Shown here piece by piece: positions 42,065-51,620 of a DNA stretch of 64,000 bases. The notes beneath the pieces were generated by a model, which was not told the DNA's origin, made no database searches, and saw only the letters and a program-made list of their open reading frames with translations. The DNA is from Prevotella sp. (GTDB taxonomy: Bacteria; Bacteroidota; Bacteroidia; Bacteroidales; Bacteroidaceae): the NCBI GenBank assembly GCA_045112595.1, contig JBGUIA010000046.1, positions 17,531 to 81,530 of the forward strand. Direction: 5' to 3'. Within the stretch, counting starts at the first letter, position 1; each line of letters begins with the position of its first letter. The position numbers and the translations under genes were made by a program.

Positions 42065-45000
42065 AACCACTAACTATCTATAAAGCCAGTGCTGGTTCTG
42101 GAAAGACCTTTACGCTGGCAACAGAATATATCAAGCTACTCATCAAAAATCCGATGAGTTATCGTTCTATCCTAGCTGTGACTTTCACCAACAAAGCGAC
42201 GGAAGAGATGAAGATGCGCATTCTCAGTCAGCTTTATGGAATTTGGAAACAGCTACCCGATTCTTCGGATTACCTACAGCATATTGTTGTTGCGACAGGC
42301 CTTTCCGAATCACAGGTCAGCCAACGTGCAGGCGATGCTCTTCACCAGTTGTTACACAATTACAACTATTTCCGGGTAGAGACCATCGACACTTTTTTCC
42401 AGAGTGTCCTTCGCAATCTTGCTCGTGAATTAGACTTGACTGCCAACCTCCGCATCGGACTGAACGATATTCAAGTGGAAGAACAAGCCGTCGACCGTCT
42501 TATCGACTCCCTCACCCATACTGACGTCATGCTGCAATGGTTGCTGAAATATATTATGGAGACTATCAGCGACGACCGTTCCTGGAACATCATCGGACAG
42601 GTGAAACAGTTCGGACGCACCATCTTCCGCGATTTCTATAAAGAAAGGAGCGACGAACTGAAACAACTGATTAACCAGAAAGACTTCCTAAGCAACTATA
42701 TGAGTCAGATGCGCCAAATTCGTTCCGACGCTCTTAAGCACATGAAGGAAATTGGGGACCATTTCTTCGATGTACTCCATCAAGAAAACCTTTCCGCTGA
42801 AGATTTCTCTTACGGCAAATCCGGTGTGGCGGGGTTCTTCATCAAACTTCAGAATGGCCAGTTCGATGAGGGCATCATTGGCAAACGCATTACCGACTGC
42901 ATAGAAGACACGACCAAATGGTGTAGCAAGAAACACGAACGTGCTGACTTCATCTATTCCCTGGCAGACACCACGCTCGTCCCCATCTTGCAAAACGCAA
43001 TAGCCGAACAGCCCCGCCAATGGAAGCTCTACAAGTCTGCCGACCTGACCTTGCAACATCTGAACCAGCTGCGTCTGCTCGGGAGTATTGAACAGAAAGT
43101 TCGTGAGATGAACAGCGAGGCCAACCGTTTTTTGCTCAGCGATACCCAGCAACTGCTCCATTCACTCATCAAGGATAGCGATTCCCCGTTCATCTTCGAA
43201 AAGATTGGTACCCAACTGGAGCACGTGATGATCGACGAGTTCCAGGATACGTCGACCGTTCAGTGGCAGAACTTCAAGATTCTCCTGCAGGAATGCATGA
43301 GTCACGTCGACACCGAAAACCTCATTGTAGGTGACGTCAAGCAAAGCATCTACCGTTGGCGCTCGGGCGACTGGCGGCTCTTGAATGCCATCGACCAGGA
43401 ATTTCCTCACGCAGATTCGATGATGGAAATCCGTCCGCTGGACACGAACTACCGTTCTGAACGGCGCATCATTGAGTTCAACAACGCTTTTTTCATCGAG
43501 GCCGCCCTGCAGGAATATAATTCACAGCGCGAGAATTATCCCACTGGTGCCGAACTCCTCAAACACGCCTATGACGATGTTGCCCAGAAAGTTCTGGAAA
43601 AACGGAAGACAAATGGCTTTGTCAACATCCAACTGCTACCGGCAAAGGATTATCAGGCTGAGACCCTTCAGCAACTGACCGATACCGTGTCCATGCTTCT
43701 CGACGAAGGAGCAAAGCCGCAGGATATTGCCATTCTCGTACGAACCAACAGCACCATTCCCTTGGTGGCCGACTATTTCAGCGAGCACATGCCTCAAATA
43801 CGCATTGTCAGCGACGAAGCCTTCCGCCTCGACGCCTCCGTCAGCGTCTGCCTGCTCGTTCAGGCACTTCATGTGCTTACTCATCCCGACGACCAACTGG
43901 CCAAGGCGACCATTGCCAAACTCTACCAGCGCACCGTGCTCGGCAATTCGGTTGCCGAAAGCGAGCTGTTCATCAAGGACCGTCCCATCGACGACCTGCT
44001 GCCTCCCGACTTCATCCAACAGACCGCTGCCCTACTCCATCTGCCGCTCTACGAACTGACAGAACGTCTCTTTCATATCTTCCAACTCGACCGTCTGAAA
44101 GAGCAAAGCGCCTACGTCTGTGCCTTCTACGATCAGCTGAACAAATTCACGCTCGACAACAGCACCGACATTGATGCCTTTGTCCGTGAATGGGACGAGA
44201 CTATTTGCAGCAAGACCATCCAGAATACGGCCACCGACGGCATTCGCATCCTCTCTATCCACAAGAGCAAAGGTCTGGAGTTCGACCATGTCCTCATTCC
44301 CTTCTGCGACTGGCGCCTCGAACACAGCGACATTCTCTGGTGCCAACCCAAGGAGTCGCCGTTCGACGCCCTGCCCATCGTCCCCGTCGACTATAGCGCC
44401 AAGCAGATGATGGGTACCATTTACGAACCGAACTACTTGGACGAACACCTCCAGAATACCGTCGACAACCTCAATCTGCTCTACGTGGCTTTCACGCGAG
44501 CTTCCAAAAACCTCTTTGTCCTGGGTCGTCGCAATTCCAAGGGCAGCCGTTCGGTACTCATCGAGTCCGTATTGCCCAACCTTAAACTCGACGACAGCAC
44601 CTTGGAGGGAATGGCGGATAACGAGTCGGTCATCGAGTTTACCTATGGTAATCTCTACGTAGAATCCGAGAAGATAAAGAACACAACGACCGCCAACGTC
44701 TTCCTGCAACCCGTCACGCCCCAGTCTGTCACCATCGAGAGTTTTGATGTCAAGACCGAATTCCGTCAGAGCAACAAGAGCTGTGAGTTTATCGAAGGCG
44801 ACGACGAACAACAGGAGCTAAGCTATATCAAGATCGGTAGCGTGTTGCATAATGTGTTCTCGACCATTCACACCAGTGCCGATATCGAACGCGCACTATC
44901 GCAATTGCAACACGACGGCGTACTCTACGACGACGAGGTGACTGCCGAAAAAGTCACCAGCATGTTACGCCGTCGACTCGATAGTCCGCGTATCAAGGAT

Positions 45001-45264
45001 TGGTTGTCCGACCGCTGGCAGCTGTTCAACGAGTGCAGCATTCTCACGCTCGACGCTCATGGCAACATGTTGGAGCGACGTCCCGACCGCGTGATGACTG
45101 ACGGACACGAGACCCACGTCGTCGATTTCAAGTTCGGACGTCCGCAGGCTGAATACCATGAGCAGGTCCGCGAATACATGCAGCTGCTGCGTTCTATGGG
45201 AATGCCCAATGTCAAGGGCTGGCTCTGGTATGTATATATAAATAAGGTAGAAGAAGTGATATGA
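42058..45264 (+). CDS. UvrD/AddA-like ATP-dependent helicase-nuclease
   Basis: ASAGSGKT, VTFTNKAT, IDEFQDT, VGDVKQSIYRWR, IHKSKGLEF, LYVAFTRA, C-terminal RPDR...VDFK nuclease. Confidence 0.92.
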   Translation: MVKPLTIYKASAGSGKTFTLATEYIKLLIKNPMSYRSILAVTFTNKATEEMKMRILSQLYGIWKQLPDSSDYLQHIVVATGLSESQVSQRAGDALHQLLHNYNYFRVETIDTFFQSVLRNLARELDLTANLRIGLNDIQVEEQAVDRLIDSLTHTDVMLQWLLKYIMETISDDRSWNIIGQVKQFGRTIFRDFYKERSDELKQLINQKDFLSNYMSQMRQIRSDALKHMKEIGDHFFDVLHQENLSAEDFSYGKSGVAGFFIKLQNGQFDEGIIGKRITDCIEDTTKWCSKKHERADFIYSLADTTLVPILQNAIAEQPRQWKLYKSADLTLQHLNQLRLLGSIEQKVREMNSEANRFLLSDTQQLLHSLIKDSDSPFIFEKIGTQLEHVMIDEFQDTSTVQWQNFKILLQECMSHVDTENLIVGDVKQSIYRWRSGDWRLLNAIDQEFPHADSMMEIRPLDTNYRSERRIIEFNNAFFIEAALQEYNSQRENYPTGAELLKHAYDDVAQKVLEKRKTNGFVNIQLLPAKDYQAETLQQLTDTVSMLLDEGAKPQDIAILVRTNSTIPLVADYFSEHMPQIRIVSDEAFRLDASVSVCLLVQALHVLTHPDDQLAKATIAKLYQRTVLGNSVAESELFIKDRPIDDLLPPDFIQQTAALLHLPLYELTERLFHIFQLDRLKEQSAYVCAFYDQLNKFTLDNSTDIDAFVREWDETICSKTIQNTATDGIRILSIHKSKGLEFDHVLIPFCDWRLEHSDILWCQPKESPFDALPIVPVDYSAKQMMGTIYEPNYLDEHLQNTVDNLNLLYVAFTRASKNLFVLGRRNSKGSRSVLIESVLPNLKLDDSTLEGMADNESVIEFTYGNLYVESEKIKNTTTANVFLQPVTPQSVTIESFDVKTEFRQSNKSCEFIEGDDEQQELSYIKIGSVLHNVFSTIHTSADIERALSQLQHDGVLYDDEVTAEKVTSMLRRRLDSPRIKDWLSDRWQLFNECSILTLDAHGNMLERRPDRVMTDGHETHVVDFKFGRPQAEYHEQVREYMQLLRSMGMPNVKGWLWYVYINKVEEVI

Positions 45265-48053
45265 AAGATTTCCTCGCATACGTCGCCGAAGACATTCTCC
45301 GCAAATATGGCACCAATCTGTCGCGCGTTGCCGTGGTGTTTCCCAACAAACGTGCGTCGTTGTTCCTCAACGACCATCTCGCGCGCATAGCCCAACAACC
45401 CATCTGGAGCCCTGCCTATATCACCATCAGCGAACTCTTCCGTCAGCAGTCGACGCTTCAGACTGCCGACCCCATCAAGCTCATCTGCGACCTCCACAAG
45501 TCGTTCTGCCGCTGCACGGGGTCCGACGAGAGCCTCGACAAATTCTACGGTTGGGGCCAGTTGCTGCTCACCGATTTCGACGATATCGACAAGAATCTAG
45601 CCGATGCCGACCGCGTCTTCGCCAACCTGCGCGACATCCACGAGCTCGACGACATTTCTTATCTGACCGACGAACAACGCGAGATGATCCGCCGCTTCTT
45701 CAGCAATTTCTCCGAGGATCACAACACCGAACTGAAGGAGCGCTTCCTCCGCTTGTGGAGCCACTTCGCCGACATCTACCACGACTTCAACCGCCATCTG
45801 GCCGCTCAGGGCCTAACCTATGAAGGTGCCCTCTATCGCCAGGTCGTCAGTCCAGCATGTTGCTGTGCCACAGCAACAGACACAACCACTGACGTCCCCT
45901 CTTTCCCTTACGACCACTACCTCTTCGTCGGTTTCAACCTGCTGCAGAAGGTCGAACAGCAGCTGTTCACCCACTTGCAAAAGGAGAGCAAGGCGCATTT
46001 CTACTGGGATTTCGACCATTACTACATGCAACATCACGAGGCTGGCCAGTACATCCGCCGTTACCTTGAGCACTTCCCCAACGAACTCGACACAACGTCG
46101 GAATTCGTCTATGGCAACTTCAGCCACAAGCGCCACATCAGCATCGTCTCCGCTCCTACCGAGGATATCCAGGCTCGCTACGTCAGCACCTGGCTCCACA
46201 GCACCACTCCCGACGGGTCACCGTCGGGCTCTTCGGGCTTCTTCCCCCGCATCGCCGCCGGTCGCCGCACGGCCATCGTGCTCTGCAACGAGAACCTCTT
46301 GCCCACCGTCATCCACTGTCTGCCCGACGAGGTCACCAAGGTGAATGTCACCACGGGCTATCCGCTCTCGCAGACGCCCGTCGCCTCGCTCATCCAACTC
46401 TGGTTCGACCTGCAGTTGCAAGGTCGTACGCCCCGCCTCCTTCGCACCTTCCAGCGCCATCCCTATGCCAAATACGTCAGCGACGACCAGCAACCCCTGG
46501 CACAACTCCTGCGCGAGGTGGCTACCAAGGGTAGTGCCGACATCAGCGATCCGATGTTCCAGGAGTCGTTGTTCCGTGCCTATACGCTGGTCAATCGTCT
46601 CGATGACCTGCAGCGCAGTGGCGACCTGACGGTGACGTCGAACACCCTGCAGCGACTGGTCACGCAGGTCATCCAACAGACCAGCATCCCTTTCCACGGT
46701 GAACCCGCCGAAGGTCATCAGATTATGGGCGTGCTGGAGACGCGCAACCTCGACTTCGACCACGTGCTGCTGCTCTCCTGCAACGAGGGCAACATGCCGA
46801 AAGGCGTCAACGACTCGTCGTTCATTCCCCACAGTCTGCGCCACGCCTACGAACTGACAACCGTCGAAAACAAGGTGGCCATCTACGCCTACTACTTCCA
46901 CCGCCTACTGCAACGCGCCGGCGACATCACCATCCTCTACAACAATTCCACCGAGGACGGTCAGCGCGGCGAGATGAGCCGCTTCATACTCCAGCTGATG
47001 GTCGAGAGTCCACACACCATCACCCTCCACTCGCTGCTCTCCGGACAATCGACGCCGAAGTGGCAACCCGCGCCCATCGACAAGACGCCGCACGTCATGC
47101 AGGTCATCCAGTCGCAGTTCACCACGCAGCACCCGATGCTCTCGCCGACGGCCATTGCCAAATATATGCGCTGTCCCCTGCAGTTCTACTACGGCTACGT
47201 GGCCGACATCCAGCAGCCCGACGTTCCCGACGACGAGCAGGAACTCGACAACCGCATCTTCGGCAACGTCTTCCACGAAGCTGCAGAAATCATCTATCGC
47301 CAGTTACCGCGCGAGATTGAAAAACCGCTGCTCGACCACCTCCTAAAGTCAAAGGTTGAAATCGAGCGTGCCGTCGACGAGGCCTTCCACAAGGTGATGC
47401 CCTTTGCAACAAAGAGCGGACTGCACCTCATCAATCGCGAGGTCATCATCCACTACCTCCGCCAGCTCATCACCATCGACCGCCGCCTGGCGCCCTTCAC
47501 CATCCTCGGTCTCGAGCGCGACGTCAAACGCCCGCTGAATTGTCAATTGTCATTGCAACGCCACACTCTCAAAGAGAGAACTATCAATTGTCAATTCCAA
47601 CCTGCCACCATCGGCGGCCGCATCGACCGGCTTGACCTCATCAACGACGAGTACATCCGCGTGGTCGATTACAAGACAGGCAGCAAACGCCTGAAGCCGC
47701 TGGCTGACGTCGATGCCATCTTCGAGCCCGAAAACATCCACGAACATTCCGACTACTACCTGCAGACCTTCGTCTATGCCGACATCGTCAGTCGCCAAAT
47801 GAAGGCCCGCAATCCCCAGGCAAAAGTCTCCCCCGCCCTGCTGTTCATCCAGTATGCCGGCGGCGAGGACTACGACCCCACGCTCTGTCTGGGCCGCGAA
47901 CCTGTCCGCGACATCGCCGAAGTGTCAGCCCGTTTCAACGAACTGCTGGATGCTAAGATTCAGGAAATGTTCTCGCCCGATGTGCCGTTCGTGCCTACCG
48001 ACGACATGAAGACGTGCGGCAAGTGTCCCTACCGCTTGATGTGTCGACGCTGA
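45261..48053 (+). CDS. AddB-like PD-(D/E)XK nuclease
   Basis: VVFPNKRA, QIMGVLETRNLDF, LSPT...CPLQFY, GRIDRLD...VDYKTG, terminal Fe-S cysteines CGKCPYRLMC. Confidence 0.9.
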   Translation: MKDFLAYVAEDILRKYGTNLSRVAVVFPNKRASLFLNDHLARIAQQPIWSPAYITISELFRQQSTLQTADPIKLICDLHKSFCRCTGSDESLDKFYGWGQLLLTDFDDIDKNLADADRVFANLRDIHELDDISYLTDEQREMIRRFFSNFSEDHNTELKERFLRLWSHFADIYHDFNRHLAAQGLTYEGALYRQVVSPACCCATATDTTTDVPSFPYDHYLFVGFNLLQKVEQQLFTHLQKESKAHFYWDFDHYYMQHHEAGQYIRRYLEHFPNELDTTSEFVYGNFSHKRHISIVSAPTEDIQARYVSTWLHSTTPDGSPSGSSGFFPRIAAGRRTAIVLCNENLLPTVIHCLPDEVTKVNVTTGYPLSQTPVASLIQLWFDLQLQGRTPRLLRTFQRHPYAKYVSDDQQPLAQLLREVATKGSADISDPMFQESLFRAYTLVNRLDDLQRSGDLTVTSNTLQRLVTQVIQQTSIPFHGEPAEGHQIMGVLETRNLDFDHVLLLSCNEGNMPKGVNDSSFIPHSLRHAYELTTVENKVAIYAYYFHRLLQRAGDITILYNNSTEDGQRGEMSRFILQLMVESPHTITLHSLLSGQSTPKWQPAPIDKTPHVMQVIQSQFTTQHPMLSPTAIAKYMRCPLQFYYGYVADIQQPDVPDDEQELDNRIFGNVFHEAAEIIYRQLPREIEKPLLDHLLKSKVEIERAVDEAFHKVMPFATKSGLHLINREVIIHYLRQLITIDRRLAPFTILGLERDVKRPLNCQLSLQRHTLKERTINCQFQPATIGGRIDRLDLINDEYIRVVDYKTGSKRLKPLADVDAIFEPENIHEHSDYYLQTFVYADIVSRQMKARNPQAKVSPALLFIQYAGGEDYDPTLCLGREPVRDIAEVSARFNELLDAKIQEMFSPDVPFVPTDDMKTCGKCPYRLMCRR

Positions 48054-49441
48054 GCCCACCCGGCGGGAAGCGCACGGCGTCCAACGGGAAGCGTTCGACG
48101 TCCGGCGGCATTCACGTCGGGCTCTGCAGGAATGGGCATACGACCGATGCCGTTCTGTAGTGCCGGTGAAATGCTGTCCAACGCAAAATCATATATCAGG
48201 TTTTCCTCGTCGACGAGCACAAAGTGCTCCTTTCCCTGCACGCTGTCCTTTGGCGTTTCCCAGATGATGCGCTCGAAGCGCAGCGAGTCCTCAACGACGG
48301 GTGTACGCAGCATGCAGTCGGCAAAGTGGTAGTCAAACAGCGAATCGGCATTCTCCACAACCTCGCCCATCACCACGTCGTCGGCATAGCCCGTCGCCAG
48401 CGTCCACCGGCAGTCAAGCAACATCGGCAACTTCGTGTTGGCAAAGCGCAACGCCGCACCACGATTGGCCGAGAAGGGATAGAACTGTGCCAGCGTCGAG
48501 TGCTCAACGATGGCCTCGCAGCCGTAGAACGACACACAATCGCCGTAGGTATTGCTAAACTGGCAATACTCGACAAATACGTCGGAATGGCGCGCCGACA
48601 GGCCTTCGCCGCTGGCGTTGTGCACAATCGTATTATACATATAGAGCGACGTACTGTCACACATCAAAGCATCAACGGCATTGCGTATCTCGCAGTTGAA
48701 GAAGCGGTTGTCACCACTGTGCGAATACAGTTCGATGCCTTCCCACTGGCCGCTGATGTGGTCGTAGGGCAGATAGGAGAACATGCGGTCCAGACGGTCG
48801 CCGCGAAACAGCGAATTCTCGGCCACCACATTGCCGTAGGCTGTGATGCCCGCGCCGTCGTGGAAGTACAGCGTCGTATTACGGATGGTCAGCGTGGCGT
48901 TCTCTTCGACCCTGATGCCGTTGCCGTAAACGACGACGGGCTGCGGCGTCTCAATGACCGTGTCCTGTCGGACCACCAGACTGTCCAACCGGATGGCATC
49001 CCAGCTGTATGTCCGCAGGTTGACGCGCTGCTGGACACCACTCTCCAGTGTAAAAATGAGATTATCCTCTACCAGTTGCGGCTCGTCGGCATGGTTCTCA
49101 CGGGTGGTAACCTCGACGAACACCAGCAGGCTGTCGCCCTTGCGCACCTCGAAGTCGGAACCCACGGGGTCCAGATACATGCCGTCAACATTCACGCGGT
49201 AACCGCTCTGGTTGCTGCGTTCCAGTCGCGCGGTGACGATGCGGATGCCGTCATTCGACTCGTTACGCACCCAGAAGGTCTGTGTGGACGAGGGGACGGT
49301 GGAAAAAAGCGTGTCAAACCGCACGGTATCCTCCGAGAATGTCAGTCGGTTACCGGCGCTATTGCTGAACGAATCGTTGTCGGTGCAGGCCGTCAGCATC
49401 GCCACAACGGCGAATAGAGAAAAGAAAAGTCGTCTTACCAT
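48029..49441 (-). CDS. Lipoprotein with right-handed beta-helix repeats
   Basis: Lipobox LTAC; FSEDTVRFDTLFS, GQWEGI, repeated beta-helix turns. Confidence 0.7.
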   Translation of the reverse strand: MVRRLFFSLFAVVAMLTACTDNDSFSNSAGNRLTFSEDTVRFDTLFSTVPSSTQTFWVRNESNDGIRIVTARLERSNQSGYRVNVDGMYLDPVGSDFEVRKGDSLLVFVEVTTRENHADEPQLVEDNLIFTLESGVQQRVNLRTYSWDAIRLDSLVVRQDTVIETPQPVVVYGNGIRVEENATLTIRNTTLYFHDGAGITAYGNVVAENSLFRGDRLDRMFSYLPYDHISGQWEGIELYSHSGDNRFFNCEIRNAVDALMCDSTSLYMYNTIVHNASGEGLSARHSDVFVEYCQFSNTYGDCVSFYGCEAIVEHSTLAQFYPFSANRGAALRFANTKLPMLLDCRWTLATGYADDVVMGEVVENADSLFDYHFADCMLRTPVVEDSLRFERIIWETPKDSVQGKEHFVLVDEENLIYDFALDSISPALQNGIGRMPIPAEPDVNAAGRRTLPVGRRALPAGWAQRRHIKR

Positions 49442-49475
49442 ACATAGATAAAACGACTTTTCCCGCAATTTATTG

Positions 49476-49515
49476 TCTAGAGGTCTAGATAATCTAGAGA
49501 TTCTAGATATTCTAG
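49476..49515. repeat. Tandem 8-9-bp TCTAGA-core repeats (5 copies)
   Basis: tctagagg tctagataa tctagagat tctagatat tctag. Confidence 0.85.
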
Positions 49516-49516
49516 T

Positions 49517-50074
49517 TTATTTTCCAAAATATCTCTTCAGCAGTCCTGCGAAGCCGGCACCGTGGCGGGCCTCGTCCTTAGCCATTTCGTGAACGGTGTC
49601 GTGGATAGCGTCGAAACCAGCGGCCTTCGCATTCTTGGCGATGCGGAACTTATCCTCGCAAGCACCGGCCTCGGCGGCAGCGCGCTTCTCCAGATTGGTC
49701 TTGGTATCCCATACGACCTCGCCAAGCAACTCAGCGAAACGGGAAGCATGGTCGGCCTCCTCGAAAGCATAGCGCTTGAAAGCCTCGGCAATTTCGGGAT
49801 AACCCTCACGATCGGCCTGACGAGCCATAGCCAGATACTGGCCTACTTCGCTGCACTCACCGTTGAAGTGTGCACGCAGGTCGTTAATCATCTCCTCGCT
49901 GACACCCTCGGGCTTGCCGTCGCCAATGCGGTGAACGGTAGCGTACGTGGTCTCGCCGTCGTCTTTCAGTTCAGAGAACTTCGATGCGGGAGCCTTACAG
50001 ATTGGGCACTTCTCGGGAGCAGCATCGCCTTCGTAGATATATCCACAAACGGCGCAAATGAACTTTTTCTTCAT
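49517..50074 (-). CDS. Reverse rubrerythrin / NADH peroxidase
   Basis: N-terminal rubredoxin CAVCGY...CPICK, di-iron motifs EEADHA and DEARHG. Confidence 0.92.
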   Translation of the reverse strand: MKKKFICAVCGYIYEGDAAPEKCPICKAPASKFSELKDDGETTYATVHRIGDGKPEGVSEEMINDLRAHFNGECSEVGQYLAMARQADREGYPEIAEAFKRYAFEEADHASRFAELLGEVVWDTKTNLEKRAAAEAGACEDKFRIAKNAKAAGFDAIHDTVHEMAKDEARHGAGFAGLLKRYFGK

Positions 50075-50220
50075 AGTCGTTTTGTATTTGTTTAGTTAAT
50101 AATAAAAGTATTTCGGTTCTCAACGACTGCAAATATACGAATATTATTCGGTAAAAGCAAGTTTTTTCCGAAATATTTCTTATCTTTGCAGCATAATTCA
50201 TCAGTCATAACACAAAACGT

Positions 50221-51294
50221 ATGAAAAAACTAACTATCTTATCAGCACTATTCCTTATGTGCACCACGGTTTCCGCACAACTTGCAGAACCCATGTACGA
50301 ACTACCCGACCCGCTACTCATGAACGACGGACGGCAAGTGAAAACCGTCGCCGACTGGAACGAACGCCGGTTGGAAATCGCCGACATGATCCAGACCTTC
50401 GGCATCGGACGCATCCCCGCCGTGCCGCGCGAGGCCGTCAAGGCACGCATGGATGGCGACACGCTCATCGTCGATGTCACCGTCAACGGACAGACGCTCA
50501 CCCTGAAGTCCGCCATCGCCTACCCTACCGTCGGCCAGCCGCCCTACGCCTTGATGATCGGCACCAGCATGCTGGCACTGCCCAAGGACATCTTCGACCA
50601 GCGTCCCATTGCCCGCTTGAACTACCGCGAGTCGCAGGTGAACGACTACTCCCAGTGGCGGCCCCACAAGGAACGCGGCGAGCACAATTTCGACCGCCTC
50701 TATCCCGACCTCAAGGACAACGGCGCCTACAGCGAATGGGCTTGGGGACTGCAGCGACTCATCGACGGACTGGAGCAGCTCGGCCCTGAGAAAACGAAAA
50801 TCGATGTGAAGCGCATCGGCGTCAGCGGATGTTCCTATGCCGGCAAGATGGCCCTCTTCTGCGGAGCCTTCGACGACCGCGTAGCCCTCACTATCGCCCA
50901 GGAACCCGGTGGCGGCGGTGCAGCATCGTGGCGCTATAGCCACAAACTGGACAGCGTCGAAAACCTCGACCGCACCGACTACCACTGGTTCCTCGAATCC
51001 ATGCGCGAGCGCTTCCACGGCGACAGCGTCTATCTCATGCCCTACGACCATCACGAGCTCTGCGCCATGGTCTGCCCCCGCGCTCTCCTCGTGCTCGGCA
51101 ATCCCGATTACAAATGGCTCGCCGACGAGAGTGCCGCCTACTCCATGGCTGCTGCCCGCAAAGTGTGGGAGCGCCTCGGCCTCGGTGATCGCGTCGATAT
51201 CGATATCGTCGGTGGCCACGGCCACTGCCAACTGCCCAAGAGCCAGTATCCCATTGTCGAATCCTTCATCGACCGCTTCCTCCTCAACAAATAA
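50221..51294 (+). CDS. CE15 family carbohydrate esterase (glucuronoyl esterase-like)
   Basis: Signal peptide, LPDPL, WAWG, nucleophile elbow GCSYAGK, QEPGGGG, PYDHHEL, GHCQ. Confidence 0.82.
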   Translation: MKKLTILSALFLMCTTVSAQLAEPMYELPDPLLMNDGRQVKTVADWNERRLEIADMIQTFGIGRIPAVPREAVKARMDGDTLIVDVTVNGQTLTLKSAIAYPTVGQPPYALMIGTSMLALPKDIFDQRPIARLNYRESQVNDYSQWRPHKERGEHNFDRLYPDLKDNGAYSEWAWGLQRLIDGLEQLGPEKTKIDVKRIGVSGCSYAGKMALFCGAFDDRVALTIAQEPGGGGAASWRYSHKLDSVENLDRTDYHWFLESMRERFHGDSVYLMPYDHHELCAMVCPRALLVLGNPDYKWLADESAAYSMAAARKVWERLGLGDRVDIDIVGGHGHCQLPKSQYPIVESFIDRFLLNK

Positions 51295-51324
51295 TAAAAG
51301 CCCGCGTCGATGCGGGCTTTTATT
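51293..51324. terminator. Bidirectional intrinsic terminator; left boundary of the accessory region
   Basis: AATAAAAGCCCGC-GTCGAT-GCGGGCTTTTATT. Confidence 0.8.
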
Positions 51325-51373
51325 TTCAATCCGTATAATCCGTTAGATCCGTGTTCGATGTTTCACATCGAGC

Positions 51374-51430
51374 CCGCTCACGCTCGACAATGCTCAAATG
51401 CGATTTGGCATTGTTCTCGCTTACTCGCGG
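51374..51430. repeat. Structured repeat copy 1 (CTCG-hairpin-TCTCGCT)
   Basis: CCGC tcacg CTCG ACAATGC t CAAAT gcg ATTTG GCATTGT TCTCGC ttactc GCGG. Confidence 0.6.
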
Positions 51431-51437
51431 CCTTCGT

Positions 51438-51554
51438 CTAAAGCGAAATCGGTCCATGACCCATACAGGAGGTCGTCGTGATGGCCGTCAGGAAGGCCGT
51501 GGCTGCGGCTACTATCACCTTCACCGCAATCTCAATAAAACGGTACTTCTTCAT
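51438..51554 (-). CDS. Smalltalk-family small membrane peptide (38 aa; not in the ORF track)
   Basis: Manual translation MKKYRFIEIAVKVIVAAATAFLTAITTTSCMGHGPISL; the LTA-x-TTTSC ending and position next to an HU-like gene are typical of the Bacteroidales smalltalk family. Confidence 0.8.
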   Translation of the reverse strand: MKKYRFIEIAVKVIVAAATAFLTAITTTSCMGHGPISL

Positions 51555-51559
51555 AATCT

Positions 51560-51592
51560 TTTAACCTTTAACCATTAACCTTTAACCTTTAA
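51560..51592. repeat. Heptamer tandem array (TTTAACC)n
   Basis: tttaacc tttaacc attaacc tttaacc tttaa. Confidence 0.8.
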
Positions 51593-51618
51593 AAGAGTCG
51601 CCCCGAAGGGCGCTCTTT
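51592..51618 (-). terminator. Hairpin after the HU-like gene
   Basis: AAAGAG(T)CGCCC-CGAA-GGGCGCTCTTT. Confidence 0.6.
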
Positions 51619-51620
51619 GA

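Noticed and set aside
42058-48053. Helicase-nuclease pair as an anti-phage system
   Set aside because: Architecture and motifs match the housekeeping AddAB-type recombination complex of Bacteroidales.
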